From: an uncultured Ignavibacteria bacterium
Lineage (GTDB): Bacteria > Bacteroidota > Ignavibacteria > Ch128b
Reading direction: 5' to 3'
Assembly: GCA_937944105.1 (NCBI GenBank)
Contig: CALDZP010000033.1
Span: 2,034-66,033, forward strand
DNA length: 64,000 bases
In this document: positions 1-10,322 of the stretch, piece after piece
How positions within the stretch are numbered: position 1 is the stretch's first letter
Layout: every line of letters starts with the position of its first letter
Notes under the pieces: model-generated
The model's database searches: none
What the model was told of the DNA's origin: nothing
What the model saw: only the letters and a program-made list of their open reading frames with translations
Translations under genes and position numbers: made by a program

Positions 1-383
1 AATTAAAGATTAAAAATGATGTTTACTTTTTAGGTAAACAAGAGGCTGTTGTTGATATTTTAAATGCAAGTGACCTTTTCATCATGCCAAGTCAATCTGA
101 AAGTTTTGGTTTATCAGCTCTTGAAGCTATGGCGTGTGGGCTTCCTACTATAACAACAAGTGTTGGTGGTTTGCCTGAATTAGTAGTTCATAACGAAACT
201 GGATACATAGCTGAGATAGGAGATATAAATAGAATGGCTAAATATGCCATTGATTTATTAACTAATCCAACCAAATACAAAAAATTTTCAGAAAGTGCTC
301 GTAAAAGGGCGGTTGAATTTTTCAATAAAGAAAAAATCGTAAAACAATATGAAGAATTCTATCAGAGAATAATAAATGAGTAA
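1..383 (+). CDS. Glycosyltransferase family 4 (GT-B fold), C-terminal part; the 5' end lies outside the window
   Basis: Same frame as ORF 84..383. Motif ESFGLSALEAMACGLPTITTSVGGLPELV is the typical GT4 C-terminal sugar-donor domain (BshA/RfaG-like). Confidence 0.75.
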   Translation, partial: LKIKNDVYFLGKQEAVVDILNASDLFIMPSQSESFGLSALEAMACGLPTITTSVGGLPELVVHNETGYIAEIGDINRMAKYAIDLLTNPTKYKKFSESARKRAVEFFNKEKIVKQYEEFYQRIINE

Positions 384-795
384 AAGAATTTATTGCGCAG
401 GGCCAATTAGTGGCGATACAACTTTTAGTGAATATTATAAGAAAATAATTGAGATTGTTAAAAGGAGTGGATACATTCCTCTTCATGAACCAGAATTAAA
501 ACCTAATTATATTTTATCAGACGAAGAAATATACCACAGAGATATTAAATGGATTACTGAATCAGCAGGAGTTATAGCCGAAGTATCAGGACCGAGTCTT
601 GGTGTAGGATTTGAAATTGCTTATTCACTATTTATTTTGAACAAGCCAGTTTTAGCTTTATATCATGAAAGTGTTCCCCGCTTATCTGCAATGATTAAAG
701 GATGTAATTCTCCACTGCTTTCAGTACAGAGATATAAAAATGATATTGATTTAGAAAAATTCATTAAAATATATTTGCAACTAATCTTAAAATAA
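376..795 (+). CDS. Nucleoside 2-deoxyribosyltransferase-like protein
   Basis: 139 aa. IYCAGPI N-terminus and the GVGFEIAYS motif carrying the catalytic Glu resemble the NDT/DUF4406 family. ATG overlaps the upstream stop by 8 nt. Confidence 0.55.
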   Translation: MSKRIYCAGPISGDTTFSEYYKKIIEIVKRSGYIPLHEPELKPNYILSDEEIYHRDIKWITESAGVIAEVSGPSLGVGFEIAYSLFILNKPVLALYHESVPRLSAMIKGCNSPLLSVQRYKNDIDLEKFIKIYLQLILK

Positions 796-817
796 TTAAT
801 CGAGAAATGGTATAAAT

Positions 818-1378
818 ATGAAGGCAGTAGAGATTGTTCGTTGGTATGTATTTTACACAAAACCACGATTTGAAAAAAAAATTCATGAAAAGTTGATTGC
901 AAAAGGAATTGAAAGTTACCTTCCATTAATTAAAGTCTGGCGTCAATGGAGTGATAGAAAAAAGTTGATCGAAGAACCACTCTTTAAATCTTACATTTTT
1001 GCTCATGTAAATGAAGCAGGAAGACTTTCAGTTCTTCAGACGGAAGGAATTGTAAGGTGTGTTTCTTTCAATGGTAGAATAGCAGTTGTACCGGATGAAC
1101 AAATTGAATATGTAAAGAAAATAGTTGAGCATAAACAAGATAGTTTAAGTATCAGTAACCAAATGAGTCGGGGCACAAAAGTTCGTGTGATTAATGGACC
1201 ACTTGCAGGTATGGAAGGATATGTCGAATATGTTGATGAAGATAAATGGGTAATATTTAATGTTGAAGCTGTAAATCATTCTATAAGAATTAAGTTGAGT
1301 AAAGATGAAGTTATCAAGGTAATAGATTCAGAGGAAAAATCTGAGAAAGAGAAATTTCATTACAAAAATATTATATAA
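818..1378 (+). CDS. UpxY-family NusG-like transcription antiterminator
   Basis: 186 aa. NGN-like N-terminus (WYVFYTKPRFEKK...) and a C-terminal KOW motif (GTKVRVINGPLAGMEGYV). Size fits UpxY paralogs. Confidence 0.65.
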   Translation: MKAVEIVRWYVFYTKPRFEKKIHEKLIAKGIESYLPLIKVWRQWSDRKKLIEEPLFKSYIFAHVNEAGRLSVLQTEGIVRCVSFNGRIAVVPDEQIEYVKKIVEHKQDSLSISNQMSRGTKVRVINGPLAGMEGYVEYVDEDKWVIFNVEAVNHSIRIKLSKDEVIKVIDSEEKSEKEKFHYKNII

Positions 1379-1439
1379 ATTCAGATTTTTTACAAAGTTT
1401 TCAGATGTAATTTAATTTATTAAAAAAATGAATTAAGTA

Positions 1440-1481
1440 AGCCACGAATTTGTTCCCGAATTAGTGAACATCGTGGCTTTA
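1440..1481. terminator. Hairpin between convergent genes; candidate bidirectional terminator
   Basis: AGCCACGA (1440-1447) pairs with TCGTGGCT (1471-1478), followed by TTT. It sits between the 818..1378(+) and 1518..3410(-) ends. Confidence 0.5.
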
Positions 1482-1517
1482 ATTATTAAATAATTATAAC
1501 TATTGAACTGAAGTTTT

Positions 1518-3410
1518 TTATTCTTCAAGTGTTGAAAGATTACCAGGATCCTGACCGAGAGCTCGGGCTTTTAATACTCTTCGCATAATTTTACCACTTC
1601 GAGTTTTTGGAAGCGAATCAACAAATTCAATATGCTCGGGTTTTGCAATAGGTCCAACTTCGTGTGCTACGTGCTGTCTCAACTCTTCGGCTAACTGAGA
1701 TGATTTTTCAAATCCATTTCTTAATATGACATAAGCATAAATGGCATTGCCTTTAACCTCGTGCGGTAATCCAATCGCTGCAGCTTCTGCAACAGCAGGA
1801 TGGCTAACCAGAGCGCTCTCAATTTCGGCTGTTCCTAATCTATATCCAGATACTTTAATTACATCATCTACTCTACCTATTATCCAGAAATAACCGTCTT
1901 CATCTTTTTTAGCACTATCACCAGTTAAATACCAACCATCAAATCTTGACCAATATTGATTCACATACCTTTCAGGATCTTTATAGACAGTTCTTAACAT
2001 AGCAGGCCAGGGAGTTTTTATTACCAGATATCCTTCTTCATTTGGTTTAACTGAATTTCCATTTTCATCAACAACATCCATCTCTATTCCCGGAAAAGGT
2101 CTTGTACCTGAACCTGGCTTTAATGGAACCGATGGCATTGGAGTAATCATAAACATTCCAGTTTCAGTTTGCCACCACGTATCCATTATTGGGCACTTTT
2201 CTTTTCCAACAACTTTATAATACCAGCGCCAAGCTTCAGGATTGATTGGTTCACCAACAGTTCCAAGTAATCGTAAGGATGATAAATCGTGCCTTAATAC
2301 CCACGATTCACCAAACCTCATTAAACCTCTAATTGCAGTAGGTGCAGTATATAAAATGTTTATTCCGTACTTTTCGATCATTTGCCACCAGCGATTTGGA
2401 TAAGGATAATTGGGCGCACCTTCATACAGAAAAGATGTAGCGCCATTTAATAGCGGACCATAAACAATATAACTATGACCTGTAATCCAACCTGGATCAG
2501 CAGCACACCAGTAGCGATCTTCTTCATGAATGTCAAAAACAAATTTTAGAGTAGTGTAAACTCCAACCATATAGCCAGCTTGAGTATGAAGAATTGCTTT
2601 TGGTTTGCCTGTAGTTCCTGAAGTGTAAAGAATAAATAAAGGATCCTCCGCATCCATAATTTCCAACGCACAATTTTGATTTGCAATTGGAAGATTTACC
2701 AATTCATGATACCACATATCTCTTCCTTGTTCCATGTTAATCTGTTGACCCGTTCGACGAACAACGAGCACATTTTCAACTGTTCCACATCTTTGAAGTG
2801 CTTCATCGGCAATTTGTTTTAGTGGAACAATTTTTCCTCTCTGATAGGCTCCATCAGCTACAATTAATACTTTTGATTGACTATCTTCAATTCTTTCACT
2901 TAATGCTTCCACAGAAAAGCCACCGTATACAACAGAATGGATTGCCCCAATTCTTGCACATGCAAGCATTGCCATAATTATTTCAGGAATTCTTCCCATA
3001 TAAATAGTTACTCGATCACCTTTATTCACTCCAAGACTTTTCAATACATTAGCAAACTTGCAAACTTCTCGATGTAAGGCATGATATGAATATGTTCTTA
3101 AATCACCGTTTTCCCCTTCCCATATTAGTGCAAGTTTGTTTCGACGAAATGTTTTTAGATGAACATCAAGGCAATTATAAGCGACATTTAGTTTTGCATT
3201 AGTAAACCATTTGTAGAAGGGCTTTTGAGAATCATCTATTACTTTATCCCATTTTTGAAACCAGTGAAGTTCATTTGCCATTTTTTCCCAGAATCCAGGA
3301 TAATCTTTTTTTGCTGTTTCATTCAATTCGTCCCAGTTTTTGATGTGAGCTCTTTCTATTACTTCAGAAGATGGATAATAAACTTCACCGGATAGTTGTT
3401 TGTGATGCAT
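1518..3410 (-). CDS. acs: Acetyl-CoA synthetase (acetate--CoA ligase)
   Basis: 630 aa. [14 protein letters not shown]-binding motif and conserved Acs C-terminus (RSGKIMRR). GGAGGA RBS before ATG. Confidence 0.95.
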   Translation of the reverse strand: MHHKQLSGEVYYPSSEVIERAHIKNWDELNETAKKDYPGFWEKMANELHWFQKWDKVIDDSQKPFYKWFTNAKLNVAYNCLDVHLKTFRRNKLALIWEGENGDLRTYSYHALHREVCKFANVLKSLGVNKGDRVTIYMGRIPEIIMAMLACARIGAIHSVVYGGFSVEALSERIEDSQSKVLIVADGAYQRGKIVPLKQIADEALQRCGTVENVLVVRRTGQQINMEQGRDMWYHELVNLPIANQNCALEIMDAEDPLFILYTSGTTGKPKAILHTQAGYMVGVYTTLKFVFDIHEEDRYWCAADPGWITGHSYIVYGPLLNGATSFLYEGAPNYPYPNRWWQMIEKYGINILYTAPTAIRGLMRFGESWVLRHDLSSLRLLGTVGEPINPEAWRWYYKVVGKEKCPIMDTWWQTETGMFMITPMPSVPLKPGSGTRPFPGIEMDVVDENGNSVKPNEEGYLVIKTPWPAMLRTVYKDPERYVNQYWSRFDGWYLTGDSAKKDEDGYFWIIGRVDDVIKVSGYRLGTAEIESALVSHPAVAEAAAIGLPHEVKGNAIYAYVILRNGFEKSSQLAEELRQHVAHEVGPIAKPEHIEFVDSLPKTRSGKIMRRVLKARALGQDPGNLSTLEE

Positions 3411-3695
3411 AAATCCTCCTGATTTTGATTACTACTTTATCTGTGTTTATTTATCAAAAAACAATTTAGTTTTTGAAAATTTTATAATCAATTGATTTTT
3501 TCATCTTTTGAAAAGAGAAAAAATTCTACTCGTTTTGAAGTTTATCTATTTGAATTGAACTCAACTTTTATTTCTCTTAATGAAAATTAATCTAATGTCT
3601 TTACTTAAAATATTGCTTTGTATAACAATTTTATCTATCATTTTAATTTCAAATATATTAAATTAGATAGACCGATAACTAAAAAAGGAGAGAGC

Positions 3696-4304
3696 ATGAA
3701 GAATAGAGCTTTACTAATTGGCTGTTCAATAGGAGCAGTCATATTGTTGGTAGTTTTTTTAATTTTTTCTTTTGGTGTTTCAAAGTATAATCAACTCGTT
3801 TCTTTAAATGAAGAAGTAAATAAAGCCTGGTCACAAGTTGAAAATCAATATCAGAGGAGATATGATCTTATTCCAAATCTCGTTGAAACAGTTAAAGGAG
3901 TTGCGAATTTTGAAAAGGAGACATACATAGCTGTGACGGAGGCAAGAGCAAAAGTAGGGCAAATTCAAATTACCTCGCAAATGTTAGAAGATCCACAAGC
4001 ATTTGAGAGATTCCAAGCTGCTCAGGATAATCTATCTTCAGCATTATCGAGACTTCTCGTGGCAGTTGAAAATTATCCTCAATTGAAAGCCAATGAAAAC
4101 TTTCTTCAATTGCAAGCACAATTAGAAGGTACAGAAAACAGAATTTCTGTGGAAAGAAAAAGATATAATGAAGCTGTTCAATCGTTTAATACTGCAATTA
4201 AAAAGTTTCCCACAAATATCATTGCTGGTATGTTCGGGTTTAGAGAGAAGCAATATTTCAAAGCTGCAACCGGAGCCGAAGAAGCACCAAAAGTTAAATT
4301 CTGA
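3696..4304 (+). CDS. lemA: LemA family protein
   Basis: Start moved to ATG 3696 (AAGGAGAGAG RBS; the upstream part of ORF 3618 has no RBS). N-terminal TM helix followed by the conserved LemA core (YNQLV...RRYDLIPNLV). Confidence 0.85.
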   Translation: MKNRALLIGCSIGAVILLVVFLIFSFGVSKYNQLVSLNEEVNKAWSQVENQYQRRYDLIPNLVETVKGVANFEKETYIAVTEARAKVGQIQITSQMLEDPQAFERFQAAQDNLSSALSRLLVAVENYPQLKANENFLQLQAQLEGTENRISVERKRYNEAVQSFNTAIKKFPTNIIAGMFGFREKQYFKAATGAEEAPKVKF

Positions 4305-4322
4305 TTTGGTATAATAAATTTT

Positions 4323-5066
4323 ATGAAAAATTTAATTCTCTTCTTATTATTCTTTGTTAATTCAATTTATTCTGATATTAATGTCCCGATACTAACAAAA
4401 TATGTAACAGATCAAACAAATACATTGAGTCCCACACAAATTCAAGAACTTGAATACAGATTAAAAACATACGAAGATACAACATCTAATCAGATAGTAA
4501 TTTTAATTATTTCATCTCTTGAAGGGGAAGATTTGTTCGATTATTCACAAAGAGTTGCTGAGAAAAATAAAATTGGTCAGAAAGGCAAAGATAATGGGAT
4601 TTTAATTTTAGTTGTAAAGGAAGATAGAAAAATAAGAATTGAAGTGGGATATGGACTTGAAAGTGTTGTTCCTGATGCAGTTGCAAGTTCAATAATTCGT
4701 AATATAATTGCTCCATATTTTAAATCTGGTAATTATTATGAAGGGCTAAAAAAAGGAATTGAGACAATTCAAGATGCAATTGCGGGAACATATAAAGCTG
4801 AAAAAAATAATGATGAATCAAGTGCATTAATTATTGCGATTATTATCATTTTAGTTATTCTGGTATTCTTTTCGATTGTTGGAGGAATTGGAAAATTTTC
4901 AAGTGGAGGATGGATTTATTCAAGTGGAGGATGGTACTCTTATCCAAAAAGAAGAAGTAGTTGGGGTGGATTTGGAGGTGGTTTCGGTGGAGGTGGTTTT
5001 GGTGGAGGCGGATTTAGCGGTGGTGGTGGATCTTTTGGCGGTGGCGGTGCAAGTGGTAGCTGGTGA
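4323..5066 (+). CDS. TPM-domain (YgcG-like) protein with a Gly-rich C-terminal tail
   Basis: Signal peptide, TPM core (GILILVVKEDRKIRIEVGYGLE), a TM segment, then a GGFGGG low-complexity tail. The LemA-TPM pairing is a common arrangement. Confidence 0.8.
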   Translation: MKNLILFLLFFVNSIYSDINVPILTKYVTDQTNTLSPTQIQELEYRLKTYEDTTSNQIVILIISSLEGEDLFDYSQRVAEKNKIGQKGKDNGILILVVKEDRKIRIEVGYGLESVVPDAVASSIIRNIIAPYFKSGNYYEGLKKGIETIQDAIAGTYKAEKNNDESSALIIAIIIILVILVFFSIVGGIGKFSSGGWIYSSGGWYSYPKRRSSWGGFGGGFGGGGFGGGGFSGGGGSFGGGGASGSW

Positions 5067-5403
5067 TTGTTTTTGTTATAAGATTTTTTCTTTGTCTATT
5101 ATAGATTTTAATTCTAAGCAAGATAAAAAATATTAAGTGTGCAGTAAAATTTGTTTTATATTTTTTAGTTGCTTTATGAGTTTTAATGGTTGATTGAGAT
5201 TAAATTTATTTTTTAGTCAAGATAAGCGTTAAACTTACATTGAATTCACATCAGAATTTTTATAGTTTGCATATAAATAAATATGGATTGAGTTCTTTCA
5301 TCAAATTGTAATTAAAAAATTCACATATACATTTAGTAATAATCAATTAGAGAAACATTTAAATCTTTTAACACAAACAATAAATTTTCGGAGGTAATTA
5401 AAA

Positions 5404-5736
5404 ATGGCCATAATGATAACAACGGATTGCATCAATTGTGGTGCATGTGAACCAGAATGCCCAAATACTGCTATTTATCCTGGTGGAACACCCTGGCAAC
5501 TTGCAGGAAAAACTTATGGTCCCAATGATCCTGCACCATCTGGCGCAGTTGGATTTTATTCTGATGAATATTTCTATATAGTTCCAGATAAATGTACAGA
5601 ATGCGTTGGTTTCCATGATGAACCCCAGTGCGCTGCTGTTTGTCCAGTTGATTGTTGTGTACCAGATCCTAATCATGTTGAGGACAAAGAAACGCTACTT
5701 AAGAAAAAAGAATATCTTGATTCTTTAGGAAGGTAA
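5404..5736 (+). CDS. 4Fe-4S dicluster ferredoxin
   Basis: CINCGACEPECP and CTECVG...CAAVCP cluster motifs. GGAGG RBS. Confidence 0.8.
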   Translation: MAIMITTDCINCGACEPECPNTAIYPGGTPWQLAGKTYGPNDPAPSGAVGFYSDEYFYIVPDKCTECVGFHDEPQCAAVCPVDCCVPDPNHVEDKETLLKKKEYLDSLGR

Positions 5737-5760
5737 AAAATTTATCTTCTAATTTCTCAA

Positions 5761-5792
5761 GTCGATGCAATTTGCATCGACTTTTTTATTTT
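5761..5792 (+). terminator. Rho-independent terminator
   Basis: GTCGATGCAA/TTGCATCGAC perfect inverted repeat followed by TTTTTTATTTT. Confidence 0.8.
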
Positions 5793-5804
5793 AAATAAAA
5801 AGGA

Positions 5805-6650
5805 ATGAAAATGAAAATAGGTAAATATAAAATATATTCTCTAAAATCTGGTATATTTAGACTCGATGGTGGTGCAATGTTTGGAGTTGTTCCAAAAGTA
5901 ATCTGGAACAAATTGAATCCTGCCGATGAATTGAATCGAATTAATTTAAGCACACGTTCGCTTCTCTTAGTTTCAGATAAGAAAAAGATTATTGTTGATA
6001 CTGGAATTGGGAATAAATTTGACGAAAAATTTAAAAATATTTATGCTATTGAGAATCTTTCACTGGAGGATTTATTGAATTCAAAAGGAATAGAACCCGA
6101 TTCAATAACTGATGTGATAATTACTCACCTTCATTTTGATCATACTGGTGGTTCAACTAAAATCATTAATGATAAAATTGTTCCTACTTTCAGAAATGCC
6201 AAATATTTTGTTCAAAGAAAACAATTTGAATGGGCTTTAAATCCATCAGAAAAAGATAGAGCAAGTTTTATAAAAGATGATTTTTTACCATTGCAGGAAT
6301 TTAATCAATTAGTCTTAAAAGATGGAAATTTTAAATTTGATGATGAAATTGAAATCATAACTACAAATGGACATACACCATATCAGCAACACTTAAAAAT
6401 ATCAGATGGTGAGAATATTCTATTTTATTGTGGAGATTTGATTCCAACAACAGCTCACATTCCGATACCCTATGTGATGAGTTATGATCTTTTTCCAGTT
6501 ACAACGATTGAAGAAAAAAAGAAAATTCTTTTACAGGCATTTGAAGAAAAATGGTTATTATTTTTTGAACATGATCCTGAAATTTCAGCTGTTAATTTGA
6601 AAGAAAGTAAAAAAGGATTTGAGGTAGATCAAAAATTTTTTATGGATTAA
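5805..6650 (+). CDS. MBL-fold metallo-hydrolase
   Basis: HLHFDHTGG metal-binding motif. 281 aa. Confidence 0.8.
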   Translation: MKMKIGKYKIYSLKSGIFRLDGGAMFGVVPKVIWNKLNPADELNRINLSTRSLLLVSDKKKIIVDTGIGNKFDEKFKNIYAIENLSLEDLLNSKGIEPDSITDVIITHLHFDHTGGSTKIINDKIVPTFRNAKYFVQRKQFEWALNPSEKDRASFIKDDFLPLQEFNQLVLKDGNFKFDDEIEIITTNGHTPYQQHLKISDGENILFYCGDLIPTTAHIPIPYVMSYDLFPVTTIEEKKKILLQAFEEKWLLFFEHDPEISAVNLKESKKGFEVDQKFFMD

Positions 6651-6659
6651 AGAGAAGTT

Positions 6660-6992
6660 ATGGAAAAAGAAAATTTAGTTAAGATATGCAAAGTGGATGA
6701 TATTCCTGAAAATAAAGGAGTAAGATTTGAAATTGATGATTATGATCTTGCAATTTTTAAGATTAAAGGAGAAATATTTGTTATTAATAATGTTTGTCCA
6801 CATAATCACACTCCCCAAATGTTTAATGGTCATTTAATGGGGGCTTCTATTGCCTGTCCTATTCATGGTTGGAAGTTTGATCTTAAAACAGGAAAAACTC
6901 TAAATAATAATAGTGATATCAAGACATTTGCTTCTAAAGTTATTGATGGTTATTTGTTTGTGAGTCTTCCAAAAAAATTTTTTAAATGGTAA
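6660..6992 (+). CDS. Rieske [2Fe-2S] domain protein (NirD-like small subunit type)
   Basis: CPH...(17)...CPIHGW Rieske motifs. 110 aa. Confidence 0.75.
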   Translation: MEKENLVKICKVDDIPENKGVRFEIDDYDLAIFKIKGEIFVINNVCPHNHTPQMFNGHLMGASIACPIHGWKFDLKTGKTLNNNSDIKTFASKVIDGYLFVSLPKKFFKW

Positions 6993-6993
6993 G

Positions 6994-7944
6994 ATGAATA
7001 GCAAGGAGCTAACAAAATATTTACGTCAAAAAATTATTGATTTGGGTTTTGATCTGGTTGGATTTTCCAGAGCTGAAGAGTTGACGAAAGAGAGAATAAT
7101 TTTAAAACAATGGCTCCTTAAAGGTTATCAGGCTGAGATGAATTGGATTTATAAATCTTTTGAGAAAAGAGTGAATCCTTTTTTAATTCTTCCTGAAGCA
7201 AAATCAATAATTTCTGTTGGATTAAATTATTTTCAGGTAGGTAAATCAGATTTTTTATTTAATAACGCTGGAAAAATTTCCAGATACGCTTGGGGGAAAG
7301 ATTATCATAGAGTGATTGAGAAAAAGTTTAAAGTCTTGAAAAAAATTCTTTTAGAAATTGAACCCGATTCAAAGAATAAATTTTATGTTGATTATGGTCC
7401 GACAATGGATAAAGTCTGGGCTGTTCGTAGTGGACTTGGTTGGATGGGTAAACATACAAATGTTATTAGTACTTCTATAGGTTCATGGTTTTTCATTGGC
7501 ACAGTTTTGACTTCAATTCAACTTGAGTACGATAATCCAATTTCAGATATGTGTGGTGATTGTCGTATTTGTATTGATGCATGTCCAACAGGTGCAATAA
7601 TTGATGATTATTTACTCGATGCAAAAAAATGTATTTCTTATCATACGATTGAGAATAAAAACGAAATACCAGAAGAATTAAAAGGAAAATTTGAAAACTA
7701 TATTTTTGGTTGTGATATTTGTCAGGATGTTTGTCCGTGGAATCACAAACTTCAAATAGAAACGAATGAGAGGGATTTTGCATCTAATACAATTGAATTT
7801 ATTGAAAAAAAAGATTTAGAAAACTTAAGTGAAAAAGATTTTAAAGAAAAATTTAAAGGAAAAGCTATTTTAAGAGCTGGATTAAAAAATCTATTAAGAA
7901 ATTTTGATTACATAAAAAAATTTAATGAAAGGAGTAAAATATGA
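6994..7944 (+). CDS. queG: tRNA epoxyqueuosine(34) reductase
   Basis: [16 protein letters not shown] and [11 protein letters not shown] ferredoxin-like motifs in QueG-type context. 316 aa. Confidence 0.8.
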   Translation: MNSKELTKYLRQKIIDLGFDLVGFSRAEELTKERIILKQWLLKGYQAEMNWIYKSFEKRVNPFLILPEAKSIISVGLNYFQVGKSDFLFNNAGKISRYAWGKDYHRVIEKKFKVLKKILLEIEPDSKNKFYVDYGPTMDKVWAVRSGLGWMGKHTNVISTSIGSWFFIGTVLTSIQLEYDNPISDMCGDCRICIDACPTGAIIDDYLLDAKKCISYHTIENKNEIPEELKGKFENYIFGCDICQDVCPWNHKLQIETNERDFASNTIEFIEKKDLENLSEKDFKEKFKGKAILRAGLKNLLRNFDYIKKFNERSKI

Positions 7945-8891
7945 ATTCGAATCATCGGAAAGTAATTATTATAGGTTCAGGTCCTGCTGGTTTCACTGCA
8001 GCAATTTATGCAGCCCGAGCAAATCTTTCTCCACTTGTATTTGAAGGAAATCAACCTGGTGGGCAACTAACTATTACCACTGAAGTCGAAAACTTTCCTG
8101 GCTTTGAAAATGGCATAATGGGACCAGAATTAATGGATATTATGAGAAAACAAGCAAAGAGATTCGGTGCAGAAATGATTTTCAAATACGTTGATAAAGT
8201 CGATTTCTCTTCCAGACCATTTAAAATTTATTCAGGGAAAAATGAATTCACCGCTGATGCTGTTATAATCGCAACTGGCGCTTCAGCAAAATTTTTAGGA
8301 ATTCCATCAGAACAGGAATTTATGGGACATGGTGTTTCAGCATGTGCAACTTGTGATGGATTCTTTTTCAAAGAAAAAGATGTAATTGTTGTGGGGGGTG
8401 GTGATTCGGCTATGGAAGAGGCAACTTATTTAACTAAGTTTGCTAAAAAAGTTACAATTGTTCACAGAAGAGATCAATTTAGAGCATCAGCTATTATGAT
8501 TGAAAGAGCAAAGAAAAATCCAAAGATAGAATTTAGATTAAATGAAGTGGTAGATGAAATTTTGGGTAAAAATGAAAATGGTTTGAAATTTGTTACTGGT
8601 GTAAAATTAAGAAATGTTAAAACCAACCAAATAACAGAACTACCTGTAGATGGAGTTTTTCTTGCAATTGGTCATAAACCCAATACAGAGATATTTAAAG
8701 ATTATCTCGAACTTGATGAAATGGGTTACATTAAAGTAAAACCTGGTAGAACTCATACGAGTATCGAAGGAGTTTTTGCTGCTGGTGATGTAACAGATAA
8801 AGTGTACCGACAGGCTATTACAGCTGCGGGTATGGGTTGTATGGCTGCCATTGATGCAGGTCGCTGGTTAGAAGAAAAAGAACTTGATTAG
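7941..8891 (+). CDS. trxB: Thioredoxin-disulfide reductase
   Basis: GSGPAG FAD motif, CATCDG redox-active disulfide, GGGDSA NADPH motif. ATG overlaps the queG stop. Confidence 0.9.
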   Translation: MNSNHRKVIIIGSGPAGFTAAIYAARANLSPLVFEGNQPGGQLTITTEVENFPGFENGIMGPELMDIMRKQAKRFGAEMIFKYVDKVDFSSRPFKIYSGKNEFTADAVIIATGASAKFLGIPSEQEFMGHGVSACATCDGFFFKEKDVIVVGGGDSAMEEATYLTKFAKKVTIVHRRDQFRASAIMIERAKKNPKIEFRLNEVVDEILGKNENGLKFVTGVKLRNVKTNQITELPVDGVFLAIGHKPNTEIFKDYLELDEMGYIKVKPGRTHTSIEGVFAAGDVTDKVYRQAITAAGMGCMAAIDAGRWLEEKELD

Positions 8892-8935
8892 CTATCAAAT
8901 TTTCTCAATAGAACGATAAAGGATAACTTTAATAA

Positions 8936-8975
8936 TGGCTATTGCAATTAATTAGTTTTGATAGCCATTTTTTAT
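8936..8975 (+). terminator. Candidate intrinsic terminator after trxB
   Basis: TGGCTAT...ATAGCCA stem followed by TTTTTTAT. Confidence 0.5.
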
Positions 8976-9119
8976 AAACTTACCTTTATAAAATTTGTAG
9001 TGAATACGAAATGACAATTATTCGCTTACAAAAATTTAATTAAAATTTTAAGGATAAAATGAGCAATTTTTTGAAAATATATTTTTTTATATCTTAAGAA
9101 AAAGAAGGATAACCAGATT

Positions 9120-10211
9120 ATGCCAAAATCTAAAGTTGCTGTTCTTAGAACAAGTCCAAAGACTGTATTAGAGGATTATCAAAAACTCCTTGAATTAGCT
9201 GAAGTAGAAAAGTATTTAGATAAAAGTGCAACAACAATTTTAAAAGATAATATTTCATGGCATTTCCCATTTCCGGGAGCTAACACAACTCCATGGCAAT
9301 TAGAAGGGACAATACTAGGATTAAAAAAGTTTGGATACAACGATTTGGTCTGTGTGCAAAATAAGACCGTTGTAACTGATGCATTTAAAGGTGAAGATTT
9401 AAATAAATACAAACCTGTTTTTAAAAAATACAATGTCCCAGTTCTCTTTAATTTTAAAGATGAAGACATGAAATGGATTAAGTATGAACCAAAAGCTAAG
9501 ATGCTCGTTTTAAATCATATTTACCCTGAAGGTATAACTATTCCTGATTATTTTATTGGTAAGAATATAGTTCACCTACCAACAGTTAAATGCCATATTT
9601 ATACTACTACTACGGGTGCAATGAAAAATGCTTTTGGAGGTCTATTAAATACAAAACGTCATTATACTCATTCATGGATTCATAAAACTCTTGTTGATTT
9701 ACTTCAGATACAAAAAGAAATTCACACTGGAATTTTTGCTGTGATGGATGGTACAACAGCTGGGAATGGACCCGGACCAAGAACGATGATTCCTATTGTA
9801 AAGAATGTGATACTTGCAAGTGGTGATCAGGTAGCAATTGATGCGGTTGCGGCAAAAATGATGGGATTTGATCCAATGAGTATCGAATACATTCGAGTTG
9901 CGGATGAATTAGGTTTAGGAATAGGAAAACCACAAGATATTGAAATTATCGGCGATGATGTTTCAAATGAAAATTGGAATTTCTTTGTTGGTGATAATGG
10001 TGCAAGCTTAGTTGGCGATTTACTGTGGTTTGGACCATTGAAATCAATCCAAAAATTCTTTTTTAGAACTCCACTGGTTCATCTTTTTATTTTTGGTTCA
10101 GAATTTTATCACGATTATTATCGCTGGCCCTTGAAGGATAAAAAAGTTTTCAAACGCTGGCTGAAAGAAACAGAATGGGGAAAGTTATTTGAGAATTATG
10201 AAGCAGTATAA
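9120..10211 (+). CDS. DUF362-like domain protein (uncertain)
   Basis: 363 aa cytoplasmic protein. Resembles DUF362 family members; assigned from memory of the family, no diagnostic cofactor motif seen. Confidence 0.45.
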   Translation: MPKSKVAVLRTSPKTVLEDYQKLLELAEVEKYLDKSATTILKDNISWHFPFPGANTTPWQLEGTILGLKKFGYNDLVCVQNKTVVTDAFKGEDLNKYKPVFKKYNVPVLFNFKDEDMKWIKYEPKAKMLVLNHIYPEGITIPDYFIGKNIVHLPTVKCHIYTTTTGAMKNAFGGLLNTKRHYTHSWIHKTLVDLLQIQKEIHTGIFAVMDGTTAGNGPGPRTMIPIVKNVILASGDQVAIDAVAAKMMGFDPMSIEYIRVADELGLGIGKPQDIEIIGDDVSNENWNFFVGDNGASLVGDLLWFGPLKSIQKFFFRTPLVHLFIFGSEFYHDYYRWPLKDKKVFKRWLKETEWGKLFENYEAV

Positions 10212-10322
10212 TCGATGAAATATTTAATTATTTTTAGGGAGGTTGCATTCCACGTCTGAATTTAAATTTTACATTTTACAAAATAATTTCTAACTTATTT
10301 ATAAAAAATTGGAGGGCTTCCA

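Noticed and set aside
663-926. Minus-strand 87-aa ORF, and the many similar 60-110-aa antisense or alternate-frame ORFs in the track (for example 4507-4716, 5398-5676, 7493-7783, 9179-9469, 10381-10599, 12215-12433, 13111-13344, 13412-13672, 14664-14987, 17484-17687, 22916-23464, 24184-24417, 27805-28044, 33927-34127, 38993-39205, 39898-40086, 40605-40814, 44468-44656, 49186-49923, 51112-52061, 54268-54489, 55024-55206, 57278-57770, 58103-58285, 60450-60635, 62850-63041)
   Set aside because: All lie inside well-supported longer CDSs on the other strand or in another frame. They are AT-rich runs poor in stop codons, without RBS, with low-complexity translations.
3618-3695. N-terminal extension of the LemA ORF (MYNNFIYHF...)
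   Set aside because: There is no RBS. A strong AAGGAGAGAG RBS precedes the internal ATG at 3696, which begins the typical LemA TM helix.
4876-5136. 86-aa + strand ORF overlapping the 3' end of the TPM gene
   Set aside because: It is an alternative reading frame through the GGT-rich low-complexity region that encodes the Gly tail. It has no independent signals.
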